A DNA stretch of 63,132 bases, filler included. It is 7 parts of 7 records of this genome, joined end to end, with 100 filler letters (N's around TTAATTAATTAA, not from the genome) between each part and the next. Parts side by side here need not be neighbours in the genome. Positions count along the whole stretch, not along the records: positions 1 to 10,951 come from SRR31156797_18778; positions 11,052 to 18,778 come from SRR31156797_18804; positions 18,879 to 29,510 come from SRR31156797_18808; 4 more parts are not named here. One strand, given 5' to 3'. The notes under the pieces were generated by a model. That model made no database searches and was not told the origin of the DNA. It saw nothing but the letters and a program-made list of their open reading frames with translations. The translations under genes were made by a program, and so were the position numbers. Positions 10,183 to 18,930 of the stretch are shown in pieces. Every line of letters starts with the position of its first letter. Within the stretch, counting starts at the first letter, position 1.

Positions 10183-10935
10183 ATGTTGAGGCTCGTTAAT
10201 TCGGAAAAATTGAAACGTTTTGTTCGTGAAGACGACTGGGAAGATCTCGGCATTTCCACGCCTGATATGATCGTGAAGGCCATCCATCAGGGGCGCTATG
10301 ACGAGGCCAAAGCCCTTGCCGGATATTTTATTCCTGAAGGAAAGGCCCTGCATGACCTGTTTTGTGATTGGATCTGGGATATCTTTACCAAAATATCCGA
10401 ACAGCAAGGTGAAGAAGCGGTTTATGCGTTATGCCGTTCCACCCAGGAAACCTGGATGATGCGGCGGACATGGAAAGGGCTTTCGAGGATGTCGGTGGAG
10501 GAAAGGGTCCATCTGAATGCGGAGGTCATGAGGTCCCATCGTTGCGGCCCGAAACAGGATGGGGGTATTGACATTATTGAGGAAGAAGACCGCTACAGCA
10601 TCAAGATGGATCCCTGCGGGAGCGGGGGAAGGATGCGAAGGGGAGATCCCGTGGATGGGACACCATCCAGACTGGAAGCTCCCTATCATTTCGGGACGAC
10701 AAAAAAAGCCTATTTCTGGAGTTGGGGCCGGAAAAATGTGCCTTACTACTGTATCCATTGTGCCATCAACGAGATCCTTCCCATTGAATGGGGCGGTTAC
10801 CCTCTCTGGGTGACAGGCTATTCTGATGATGCCCAAAAGCCCTGCTACTGGCACTTTTACAAGCGGCCGGACCTGGTTCCCGAAGAGAATTTCACCCGAC
10901 TGGGATTTAAAAAACCTATGCGGGGACGTTCTTGA
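10183..10935 (+). CDS. Uncharacterised Cys-rich protein (DPCGSGG...CIHC...PC)
   Basis: 250-aa ORF with GAGGAG RBS, co-directional with operon; no function recognised. Confidence 0.75.
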   Translation: MLRLVNSEKLKRFVREDDWEDLGISTPDMIVKAIHQGRYDEAKALAGYFIPEGKALHDLFCDWIWDIFTKISEQQGEEAVYALCRSTQETWMMRRTWKGLSRMSVEERVHLNAEVMRSHRCGPKQDGGIDIIEEEDRYSIKMDPCGSGGRMRRGDPVDGTPSRLEAPYHFGTTKKAYFWSWGRKNVPYYCIHCAINEILPIEWGGYPLWVTGYSDDAQKPCYWHFYKRPDLVPEENFTRLGFKKPMRGRS

Positions 10936-10951
10936 TTTATTGACTTTCCGA

Positions 10952-11051
10952 NNNNNNNNNNNNNNNNNNNNNNNNNNNNNNNNNNNNNNNNNNNNTTAAT
11001 TAATTAANNNNNNNNNNNNNNNNNNNNNNNNNNNNNNNNNNNNNNNNNNNN
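10952..11051. other. Artificial contig linker (Ns + TTAATTAATTAA)
   Basis: 100-bp N spacer with six-frame stop; composition and gene content change across it. Confidence 0.99.
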
Positions 11052-11318
11052 GTCGGGAGAGAAGCCGGAAAACTCATCGGTCACTCCATTCACAGACTCC
11101 GGCGAGGGTTCTCCATGAACCTCACAGACGAGAACCTCAAACCCCGCATCTTTCAGCCTTTTCAGATACTCCGCCCCATATGGCCCGGCCATGAAGCTGG
11201 GTGCGGCCACAAGACCGAGGCGTCCGCCTGTTACCGGTATATACTTCTCCAGTTTTAAACGGGCTCCGGCACCGGAAACGAGGAGCCGATTGAAGGCGAA
11301 GGTAAAACTTCCTACCAT
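11052..11318 (-). CDS. Iron-containing alcohol dehydrogenase family, N-terminal fragment (3' truncated)
   Basis: MVGSFTF...VSGAGA...EVHGEPSPESVN resembles the Fe-ADH N-terminus (GEP motif); AGGGGAG RBS. Confidence 0.6.
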
Positions 11319-11536
11319 GTATTCTCCCCTTCAGGACAACGGGCCGTAGAATTCCTGAATAAGAAATCATCTTCCAACCCTTCTTTCACTTGCACATCAA
11401 CAGCATAGACAAGCATCAGAGCCCTCCTTTTTGACAACGGTTTCCGCTTTTCTCTGTTTTCAGATCTTCAGTATAACGGGAATTCAGGGAAAAATCGATT
11501 GTCTTTTGTTTCGGCGGTTATTATTTTATAGGACGT

Positions 11537-12253
11537 ATGAATAAGAGTCGACTCACAAACCTAATCGCCCTGCTTATTGTAATAGGCGGGTATTTCAGTC
11601 CCTGGTATTCCAAACAGATCTTCACCCTGGGCATTTTTGCACTGTCCGGAGCCCTCACAAACTGGCTTGCCATCCATATGCTTTTTGAAAAAGTTCCCCT
11701 CCTGTATGGATCCGGTGTTATCCCCGCCCACTTTCAGGATATTAAAACCTGGATCAAGGATCTGATTATGGTCCAGTTTTTCACCGAAGAGAATCTGGAG
11801 AAATACATCACCCAGGGACAGGAAGCCCTTATGGATCGAATCGACATCGAAGCCACCCTGAACGGTTTTGACTACAACGGGATCTTCGATCTGGTCAAAC
11901 AGGAGATCCTGAATTCCAAACTCGGCGGCATGCTTTCCATGTTCGGCGGGGAAGGGTTTATAGAAAACTACCGTCCGGCTTTTATAATGCGGATCAAAGA
12001 TTACCTGAGGACAGAACTCAGCAAACCGGGCTTCCTTTCATCCCTTATAGGACAGAGCGGGGTCGATATTCCCGGCCTGATCCAGGAGAAGGTCAGTGAA
12101 ATAGTGGAAATGCGACTGGAGGAACTGACTCCGGCCATGATCAAGGAGATCATTCAGGAAATGATCCAGAAACACCTGGGCTGGCTGGTTGTCTGGGGTG
12201 GAGTTTTCGGCGGTCTTATCGGCCTTGTGATGAGTTTTATACCGGGAGTTTAA
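11537..12253 (+). CDS. DUF445-family membrane protein
   Basis: GALTNWLAIHMLFEKVPLLYGSGVIP and HLGWLVVWGGVFGGLIG motifs. Confidence 0.8.
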   Translation: MNKSRLTNLIALLIVIGGYFSPWYSKQIFTLGIFALSGALTNWLAIHMLFEKVPLLYGSGVIPAHFQDIKTWIKDLIMVQFFTEENLEKYITQGQEALMDRIDIEATLNGFDYNGIFDLVKQEILNSKLGGMLSMFGGEGFIENYRPAFIMRIKDYLRTELSKPGFLSSLIGQSGVDIPGLIQEKVSEIVEMRLEELTPAMIKEIIQEMIQKHLGWLVVWGGVFGGLIGLVMSFIPGV

Positions 12254-12256
12254 TAC

Positions 12257-13990
12257 TCACGAGCTCCAGTTTCCCCGATCGGCTAAAAGGGCCTGCAGAA
12301 ACCAGGCGGCGTGTGGTATCCACTGTTCACTCCAACGCCAGCGGTGATCTCCGCTGGCGGCCGCTTCATCCGGAAGAAAATCAAGATCCTTCTCATCCTC
12401 GAATCCGCCGGTTATTCCGTTGCAGATACCACCGGGAGCATTTGGATAATGCTCTTCATAGGCAGGATTGTTCCGGCCGTGTCCCTGAAGCATGCAGACA
12501 TCGAAGGGATTCAGTCCCAGAATCCAGTCCAGCTGAGCCAGGGCATAACGTTCGGCCCTGATGGAAAGCTGCTTATCCCCCAGAAGACGGGAGGCCTCCC
12601 GGGCAGCAGCGGCCAGAGAAGCCAATCGTGCATTCTCCCCCTGCCACCAGTACCCTGATTCATTGTCATGGGGGATAAAGAAGGAGTCAAAGGCCGCACC
12701 ATTCACCGGCTTTACCCTTTGCCGGGCAAGGGAAAAAGGATTCCCTTCAGCGGCTTCGGTCCTGTCCAGTTCGGATAGTAACCCCGTTTTAATCAGAGTC
12801 AAACAGTCGGCTTTCCGATCAGTCTCCTCTTCTATCCGGCAGTAGGCACAGAGTGACAGAAGCGGCATTCCCGCATCCGAAGCATGGAAGAAGGGTCGGT
12901 CAGAAGAGGATTCCACCATAAAGGCCTTCTCCTCTTCGTTAAAGCAGCCCCTCAGAAATTCCGCCCAGCGCCGGGACTCTTCAAGATAGAATCCCTTTCC
13001 GGTTGTCCGGAACAGCTCCACCGCCGCCGTTAAACCGCAGTAGAAATCAATAATATTCTCCCGGCCGTTATCCAGATACTCCCGGTTCTTCTCAAGGAGG
13101 TGTCGATAGCCCTTCTCTGCAGCTTCTATATAGGCATCGGCGGAATAAGAACCAAGGCTCTCCCCCACGGTCCGGGAGGTTCGGGAGGCCGCCGCCAGAG
13201 CGGCAATACTCAGACCGCCCCCCTGTCGAAAACCGGCCTGAAACTCACTCAGCCGAAGCCCTTCCTTGCCCCTGTAGGCACAGACCATCCGTTTTTCCGG
13301 ATCCTTGTCCCACTGATCAAAGACGGTCATATAAAAAAACCCCGTCTCATCCTGCATCCGCATCAGAAAATCGGCTCCCCAGAGCCCCTCTTCGGCGGCC
13401 CGGTCCTGAAGCAGGGTTCCCCGACTGCGGCTGTTTTCTCCGAGACCCTCAAAAAGACTCAGAAGAGTCAGAACGACCAGAGGAGTCTGCTGAGGATTCA
13501 GATAGTTTGCATAGGAGAGGTGAGAGAGGTACTTGGAATAATCCCCGGAAGCATCATACCAGCCTCCCCGAAGATCGGCAGTCCCGGCCCTCTCCCCGAA
13601 GAAGGGAACCGCCCGGTCAAACGCCTCCCACCGGCCGGAACAGCGCTGAGACTTATAATAGAAAAGAATGTCCGAGATACAGGCTTCCGCCGGCAGGCCC
13701 TCGGCGATCCGGAAAGGAAAGGAGGGAGGGATGTGGGAGGAGGGAATTTCCACACGGAAGACTCCGGGCACACAGAGCCGAGAGAAATCCATGGGATAGA
13801 AAATCCGCCCCCTCCAGCCGGAGACCTCTTCAGCCTCCCCGAGTCTCCCGGAAAAGGCAGTTTCCCCGGTCAGGGTATTGATAAGAGAGTACTCCCGGCC
13901 TGAAAAGATAGAATCGGCCGTCCTGCACTCCAGGACAGCCGATTTGGATCCGCCAGAGGCGTATCCGATATGATTGATAAGAATCTGCAT
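12257..13990 (-). CDS. Glycoside hydrolase family 9, exo-beta-glucosaminidase-like, cytoplasmic
   Basis: N-terminal Ig-like (INHIGY), GGWYDASGD, SHLSYANYLNPQQ, YWWQGENARL, WSEQWIPH; no signal peptide. Confidence 0.85.
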   Translation of the reverse strand: MQILINHIGYASGGSKSAVLECRTADSIFSGREYSLINTLTGETAFSGRLGEAEEVSGWRGRIFYPMDFSRLCVPGVFRVEIPSSHIPPSFPFRIAEGLPAEACISDILFYYKSQRCSGRWEAFDRAVPFFGERAGTADLRGGWYDASGDYSKYLSHLSYANYLNPQQTPLVVLTLLSLFEGLGENSRSRGTLLQDRAAEEGLWGADFLMRMQDETGFFYMTVFDQWDKDPEKRMVCAYRGKEGLRLSEFQAGFRQGGGLSIAALAAASRTSRTVGESLGSYSADAYIEAAEKGYRHLLEKNREYLDNGRENIIDFYCGLTAAVELFRTTGKGFYLEESRRWAEFLRGCFNEEEKAFMVESSSDRPFFHASDAGMPLLSLCAYCRIEEETDRKADCLTLIKTGLLSELDRTEAAEGNPFSLARQRVKPVNGAAFDSFFIPHDNESGYWWQGENARLASLAAAAREASRLLGDKQLSIRAERYALAQLDWILGLNPFDVCMLQGHGRNNPAYEEHYPNAPGGICNGITGGFEDEKDLDFLPDEAAASGDHRWRWSEQWIPHAAWFLQALLADRGNWSS

Positions 13991-14004
13991 CTTCTTCTGG
14001 TTCC

Positions 14005-15120
14005 CTATCCCTTGAGAGCTCCGCCGACAACACCCTGAGCCAGACGGTCCTGGAAGGAGAAGTAGACGGCCATAGCAGGAATCGTGGCAATGACCAGAGC
14101 GGCCAGCTGCCAGCCCAGCTGGGTCCCTGTCAAACTGGAGAAGGAGTAGACTCCGACGGGCAGGGACTTGGTAAACTCCGAAGAGGCGAGAACAAGAACA
14201 AGGATGAATTCATTCCAGATACCCAGAATACTGATGATACCTACGGTGATCAGTACAGGCCGGGCCATGGGCAGAATAATGGAGCGAAAGGCCCGAAAGG
14301 GGGATGCCCCGTCTATATAGGCCGATTCAACCAGAGAACCCGGCAGCCCCCGCATAAACTGGGTACAGAGGAGTACCGAAAGGGGCATGCCGAAGGCTGT
14401 GTAGACAAGGATTATTCCCAGATGTGTATCGGTCAGTCCAATCTTGGTCAGCATCAGGAAGAGGGGGATGATCACCGACTGGATACTCAAAAGGTACCCC
14501 AACCCGATAACTCCCATTACCACCGTAGAAATCTTCTTGAACGGCATCTTCGCCAGAGCAAATCCAATCATAGCTCCCAGAAGAAGTATAAAGAAGGTTG
14601 AAACCGACGAATAGACAATACTGTTTATAAACTTTGCCGCCAGTCCACCGCGGATAAAGGCGGATGTGTAGTTAAACCAGATCGTATCCCAGCTGATCTT
14701 CCGGGCCATCCCCCGCGGCAGCTGATCGAGAGTGAGTGTATCCCCGAAATCAAGGGCCAATATCTCGGGAGGAAGTTTCTCTTCCAGGAGAAAATGGATC
14801 ATCAGTCTCCTGGTCGGAGCAATGGTCGTCGATTCGATAATCATCCGGGGTCGGGTATCGACCTTCGGATCATAGGGATAAATAATATTGAGCTGGGGTT
14901 TTACAACGATATACTCATCATACTTGTTGTCAAAAAGAGCGTGGGGCAGAGCGTAGATGTCGAGATTGAGTTCCTCGTTGGATTTGAATGATGAGTAGAG
15001 CATCCAGACCAGAGGCAGCATGGTGATCAGAACCCAGATAGTGAGGACAGTATAAGAAATAATCTTCCCGATCTGTCCCCCCAGTGTTTTGCCGGCGCCG
15101 GCGTTCGGAGTAGTTTCCAT
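14005..15120 (-). CDS. Carbohydrate ABC transporter permease (MalG-like) with a large loop insertion
   Basis: SSFKS, ESAYIDGAS EAA-like motif, WNEF; about 100 extra residues after TM1. Confidence 0.9.
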   Translation of the reverse strand: METTPNAGAGKTLGGQIGKIISYTVLTIWVLITMLPLVWMLYSSFKSNEELNLDIYALPHALFDNKYDEYIVVKPQLNIIYPYDPKVDTRPRMIIESTTIAPTRRLMIHFLLEEKLPPEILALDFGDTLTLDQLPRGMARKISWDTIWFNYTSAFIRGGLAAKFINSIVYSSVSTFFILLLGAMIGFALAKMPFKKISTVVMGVIGLGYLLSIQSVIIPLFLMLTKIGLTDTHLGIILVYTAFGMPLSVLLCTQFMRGLPGSLVESAYIDGASPFRAFRSIILPMARPVLITVGIISILGIWNEFILVLVLASSEFTKSLPVGVYSFSSLTGTQLGWQLAALVIATIPAMAVYFSFQDRLAQGVVGGALKG

Positions 15121-16043
15121 TATTCCTCCACCTCCCCGGCGTTCAATTTTCTACCTATAAAGTTACTCAGAACAATCAATCCTATGGAAATAAGGACGAT
15201 CATATTGGAAATAGCCGAACCGTAGGCAAACCGGAGGGGATTCCGGTAATCCTGAAAGGCCGTCTGATACATGAATATGGGAAGGACCATCGCATTATTC
15301 CGCTGAAGGCCCCTTGTTGTCATGGCAAAGATAAGATCAAACCCCTTAAGAGACCCGGCAATGGCCAGGATCGACGAGGTCAGGATAGCTCCCGAGAGGA
15401 GGGGGAGAATAACCCGGACAAAAATCTGGGGTTCCGTGGCGCCGTCAATCTTGGCGGCCTCGATCATGGAGGTGTTCATCTTCTGCAGGTTTGCCAGAAA
15501 GATAATCATATAGAAACCCGTGTACATCCAGATGAGGGCAAAGCCAATGGGATACATAACAGAACTGGCATCCAGCATGGCCGTAAACTGGGCCGTCGGA
15601 TCCCCGGAAAAAAGCTGGATAATCCGGGAGACCGGACCATCGGCGGCAAACATCCGCCTCCAGAGGATACCGATAACAATGGTCGATAGGAACTGAGGAA
15701 GGAACACCATGGATTGGAAAAAATTCGTATGCCTGACCATTTTCCGGAAGAGGATGTAGGCCAGCATAAAGCCAATAGGGATCTGTCCCAGTACAGAGAC
15801 AAGAACGACTATCATATTGTTCTTCAGGGCATGCCAGAAATTCGGGTCCTGAAACATCGTTTTATAATGCTCAAGCCCCATGAAAAGAGAAGCACCCCCC
15901 ATATTGGGATTGTAGTCGGTGAGACTGAGCACGACGGAAAATCCGACAGGGTAGGCTGCTATAAGAAGATAGAGAAGCAGGCCCGGCGCCACGAACAAGA
16001 GATATGTACCAAGCGCCCTTCGGTCGCGCGTAATCATATACAA
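15120..16043 (-). CDS. Carbohydrate ABC transporter permease (MalF-like)
   Basis: EAAKIDGA motif, multiple TM segments, YGSAIS. Confidence 0.92.
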   Translation of the reverse strand: MYMITRDRRALGTYLLFVAPGLLLYLLIAAYPVGFSVVLSLTDYNPNMGGASLFMGLEHYKTMFQDPNFWHALKNNMIVVLVSVLGQIPIGFMLAYILFRKMVRHTNFFQSMVFLPQFLSTIVIGILWRRMFAADGPVSRIIQLFSGDPTAQFTAMLDASSVMYPIGFALIWMYTGFYMIIFLANLQKMNTSMIEAAKIDGATEPQIFVRVILPLLSGAILTSSILAIAGSLKGFDLIFAMTTRGLQRNNAMVLPIFMYQTAFQDYRNPLRFAYGSAISNMIVLISIGLIVLSNFIGRKLNAGEVEE

Positions 16044-16058
16044 CTCCTTGAAAAAGTT

Positions 16059-16089
16059 AAAAAAAGGGGGAGGAAAATCCCTCCCCCTT
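16059..16089 (-). terminator. Stem-loop with U-tract between the SBP and permease genes
   Basis: AAGGGGGAGG/CCTCCCCCTT inverted repeat followed by a T-run on the minus strand. Confidence 0.7.
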
Positions 16090-16105
16090 AATATAGATAA
16101 GTCTA

Positions 16106-17401
16106 TTAGTTTCTTAAGAGATTCTCAACCTTCTCAGCGATTTCCTGAGCGGTAGCTTTTCCAGCAGCAATTTCCTGCATACCGGCATTAAGAGCATCGT
16201 TGGGAGCACCGGAGAGGAAGGAGTCAATAACATTGGAAGCCACCAGATTCTGAGCCAGAACGACCTTCTGCTTCAGGATCTCGGGGATGTCTTCGGGAAT
16301 GTCAAAATCGTTCAGTACGGGAGCAATAATAGCACCGTCTCTAAGTCTCTGTTCAGATTCAGCATGGCTGTAGAAGTAGTTGATAAACTTGAGAGCAGCA
16401 TCCCGAACGGCAGGATCTTCGGCACCGGATTTGGTTACACCATAACCAACGGAAGGAGCGGCAGCGATGGAACCGGCCATATTGGCTTTTTCACCGGGAA
16501 GTTCCGGCCAGGCAATCATCTTGGAAGTTTCAAGAACTGCAGGTTCGATTCCGCCGGCAGCCCAGTGGCCCTGGACAACAAAGAGAGCTTTCTTGTTGGA
16601 GTAGTTGGAAAGGTTTGTACCATAATCAACAAGGACGGCTTTTTCGGAAATAACACCGTCTTCAACCATTCTGGTAATCATACCCAAAGAGTCGACAAAA
16701 ACCTGATCGGTGAACTTGTTTTCACCGTCCACAGCCTTGGAAACCCAGTTGGGATCACCGGAGAGTCTGGCGATAATGGCAGACATGTAGCAGGAACCCC
16801 ATGCCCATCCGTCGGCACCGTCAATGGAAACAACTTCAATTCCGGCGGCCTTGGCTGCGGGAACCATGGCAACCATGTCTTCGTAGGTCTCCGGAGCGGA
16901 AAGTCCGAGTTCAGCAAGAAGAGCTTCGTTCATAAAGAGAACGGTGCACATGTTGGAAGCCTGCAGGGGAATCTCAAAGATTTCTCCATTGGGTCCGTGA
17001 TCGGGGATCATACTCATGTCGTAGTAGCTGGTATCGATGTAATCGCTGTGATCCCACTGCTGACCGGCTTCGATCCAGGGAGCGGCCCATCGGGCATCGG
17101 CACCCATGTAGGCAAGATCAGGGACGTCGTTGGCAGCAATTCGGGCAACAACTTTCTCATGATAGGCCTGATCGTAAAGTAATTCATCCTGGATATCGAT
17201 GTTCGGGTTTTCGGCTTCAAAGGATGCTACAATTCTCTTCCAGCTGATACCTTCCTGATTGGAATTGTCGCCATACCCCATAGTATTAACAACAATAACT
17301 TCATCCGCGGAATCCGCAGCTTCCTGTCCGCCTCCGGCGAAAACAGCCAAAGGAAGAACGGCCAGAACCATTACCAGAACCAGTAATTTCTTCATACTCA
17401 T
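16106..17401 (-). CDS. Carbohydrate ABC transporter substrate-binding protein
   Basis: Spirochaete-type leader (AVFAGGGQE), SBP family 1 features (FEAENPNI, PETYED). Confidence 0.88.
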   Translation of the reverse strand: MSMKKLLVLVMVLAVLPLAVFAGGGQEAADSADEVIVVNTMGYGDNSNQEGISWKRIVASFEAENPNIDIQDELLYDQAYHEKVVARIAANDVPDLAYMGADARWAAPWIEAGQQWDHSDYIDTSYYDMSMIPDHGPNGEIFEIPLQASNMCTVLFMNEALLAELGLSAPETYEDMVAMVPAAKAAGIEVVSIDGADGWAWGSCYMSAIIARLSGDPNWVSKAVDGENKFTDQVFVDSLGMITRMVEDGVISEKAVLVDYGTNLSNYSNKKALFVVQGHWAAGGIEPAVLETSKMIAWPELPGEKANMAGSIAAAPSVGYGVTKSGAEDPAVRDAALKFINYFYSHAESEQRLRDGAIIAPVLNDFDIPEDIPEILKQKVVLAQNLVASNVIDSFLSGAPNDALNAGMQEIAAGKATAQEIAEKVENLLRN

Positions 17402-17588
17402 TTCTTACAACCTCCATTTTTTTCTCTTTCCTCTCAACGGAGAACCTCTCCAGGAAAGAGTTCATTGATGATTTACACCTGCCGTTCCCCATGAACGGCA
17501 GCTCTGTAAGAGAAAAGAAACCGAACAACACAGGTTTTCTGTTTCCCTCGCAGAGAAAAATCTCTGCCTCACACCCTGCTATAGTCCT

Positions 17589-18752
17589 CTAAAAGACCCG
17601 GAATCCCTCACGATGGGCCCGAAATCCGGGTTGATCCTCCATTATCTCGATATCACTGAAGAGCCTGTTCAAGACCATACCGGCGGCCCCGTAGGCCACA
17701 GCCTGATCCCCGAAGGAGGAAAGCCAGATGTTTTTCTTTACCTCGTAGGGATAAGGATAGGGCCAGTTCTTTCGGATCTCCTCGTCAAAAATACGCAGAA
17801 CCTCCTGGTCATAACGCTCGAAACTGCCGCCGAGAATCACATGGGTCAGATTGAAGGTGTTAACCAGAAGCCCCACATGAGCGCCCAGTTCGTGGAGAAA
17901 CTTTTCCCGGATCTCCGGATACCCCTCCATCTCCCTCTGCTCCCCTTCGTTCAAGGCGAACTGCCCCAGGGAGTCACCCTTTCTCATGATGGAACGAAAC
18001 TCACCGGCTGAATAATCGTGTCCGTAATGGACATTGCCGTTTATAACGAGACCGATACCAAGACCAACCCTGTCACGAAGAACACTATCCGCGTCAATCT
18101 CCCGCAGTTCCAGAAGCAGAAAAATAAAATCCTTTAAATCCTTGCGCCGGTGAAAGGCCAGCTCACCCCAGACACAGGCGTTGGCATCATTGTCTATAAA
18201 TACAGGGACATCAAACCGATGCCCTATTTCATCGTAGAAACGATAATCTTCGGTGATTTCCAGGGGTATCGAGTACTTGATTATCCCCTCATTAGAGTTA
18301 ACAACACCGGAGACACCGACACCGACACCCAGAAGGGAAAGCTCCTTCCGTTCCAGTTCGGCGGTAAGCATATCCACGATTTCCCCGAACCGCTCCAGAA
18401 AACAGGCACCGTTCACATGCATCTTCTCAAACCGGGAGTAGAGAACCTCCCCTTCCAGATCAACCGCCACGGCGGTGAATGATTCAGGCCCAATCTCAAG
18501 ACCCAGAACACAGCCGAAATTCTTGTTAAGCTTGATATGAACCGGTTTTCGACCGCCCTGGGGCCCCGAGGTCCCTTCGGAAGACTCGACAATCACCCCC
18601 ATCTCCAAAAGTTCGTTCACATTATTGGAGATCGTTGATTTATCAAGGCCCAGGGAGCGGGCTATATCAATACGGGAGATCTCGCGATTCACCCAAATCT
18701 CCCTCATGATGCGTGCTCTATTAATTATTTTTGTTCGTTTAATAACTGCCAT
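17589..18752 (-). CDS. ROK family transcriptional regulator (NagC/XylR-like)
   Basis: N-terminal wHTH (ISRIDIARSLGLDKSTIS), GGRKP, IDNDANAC, SAGEF. Confidence 0.9.
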   Translation of the reverse strand: MAVIKRTKIINRARIMREIWVNREISRIDIARSLGLDKSTISNNVNELLEMGVIVESSEGTSGPQGGRKPVHIKLNKNFGCVLGLEIGPESFTAVAVDLEGEVLYSRFEKMHVNGACFLERFGEIVDMLTAELERKELSLLGVGVGVSGVVNSNEGIIKYSIPLEITEDYRFYDEIGHRFDVPVFIDNDANACVWGELAFHRRKDLKDFIFLLLELREIDADSVLRDRVGLGIGLVINGNVHYGHDYSAGEFRSIMRKGDSLGQFALNEGEQREMEGYPEIREKFLHELGAHVGLLVNTFNLTHVILGGSFERYDQEVLRIFDEEIRKNWPYPYPYEVKKNIWLSSFGDQAVAYGAAGMVLNRLFSDIEIMEDQPGFRAHREGFRVF

Positions 18753-18778
18753 GATGCTCCGGTTTCAAGTTAGTTGAT

Positions 18779-18878
18779 NNNNNNNNNNNNNNNNNNNNNN
18801 NNNNNNNNNNNNNNNNNNNNNNTTAATTAATTAANNNNNNNNNNNNNNNNNNNNNNNNNNNNNNNNNNNNNNNNNNNN
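18779..18878. other. Artificial contig linker
   Basis: Ns + TTAATTAATTAA. Confidence 0.99.
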
Positions 18879-18930
18879 TCAGTATTTCCAGCTGGAAATA
18901 CTGACCCGTTTAATGTCTTATGTGACCCGC

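Noticed and set aside
10996-11007. TTAATTAATTAA repeated six times across the window
   Set aside because: Synthetic six-frame stop linker inside N runs, not biological; ORF-track entries running into Xs are artefacts.
16364-17182. 272-aa ORF antisense to the SBP gene, and similar long antisense ORFs (5536-6462, 13100-13903, 22353-23345, 39045-39842, 46228-46998, 58017-58799)
   Set aside because: Shadow frames of well-supported genes caused by codon bias; no recognisable motifs.
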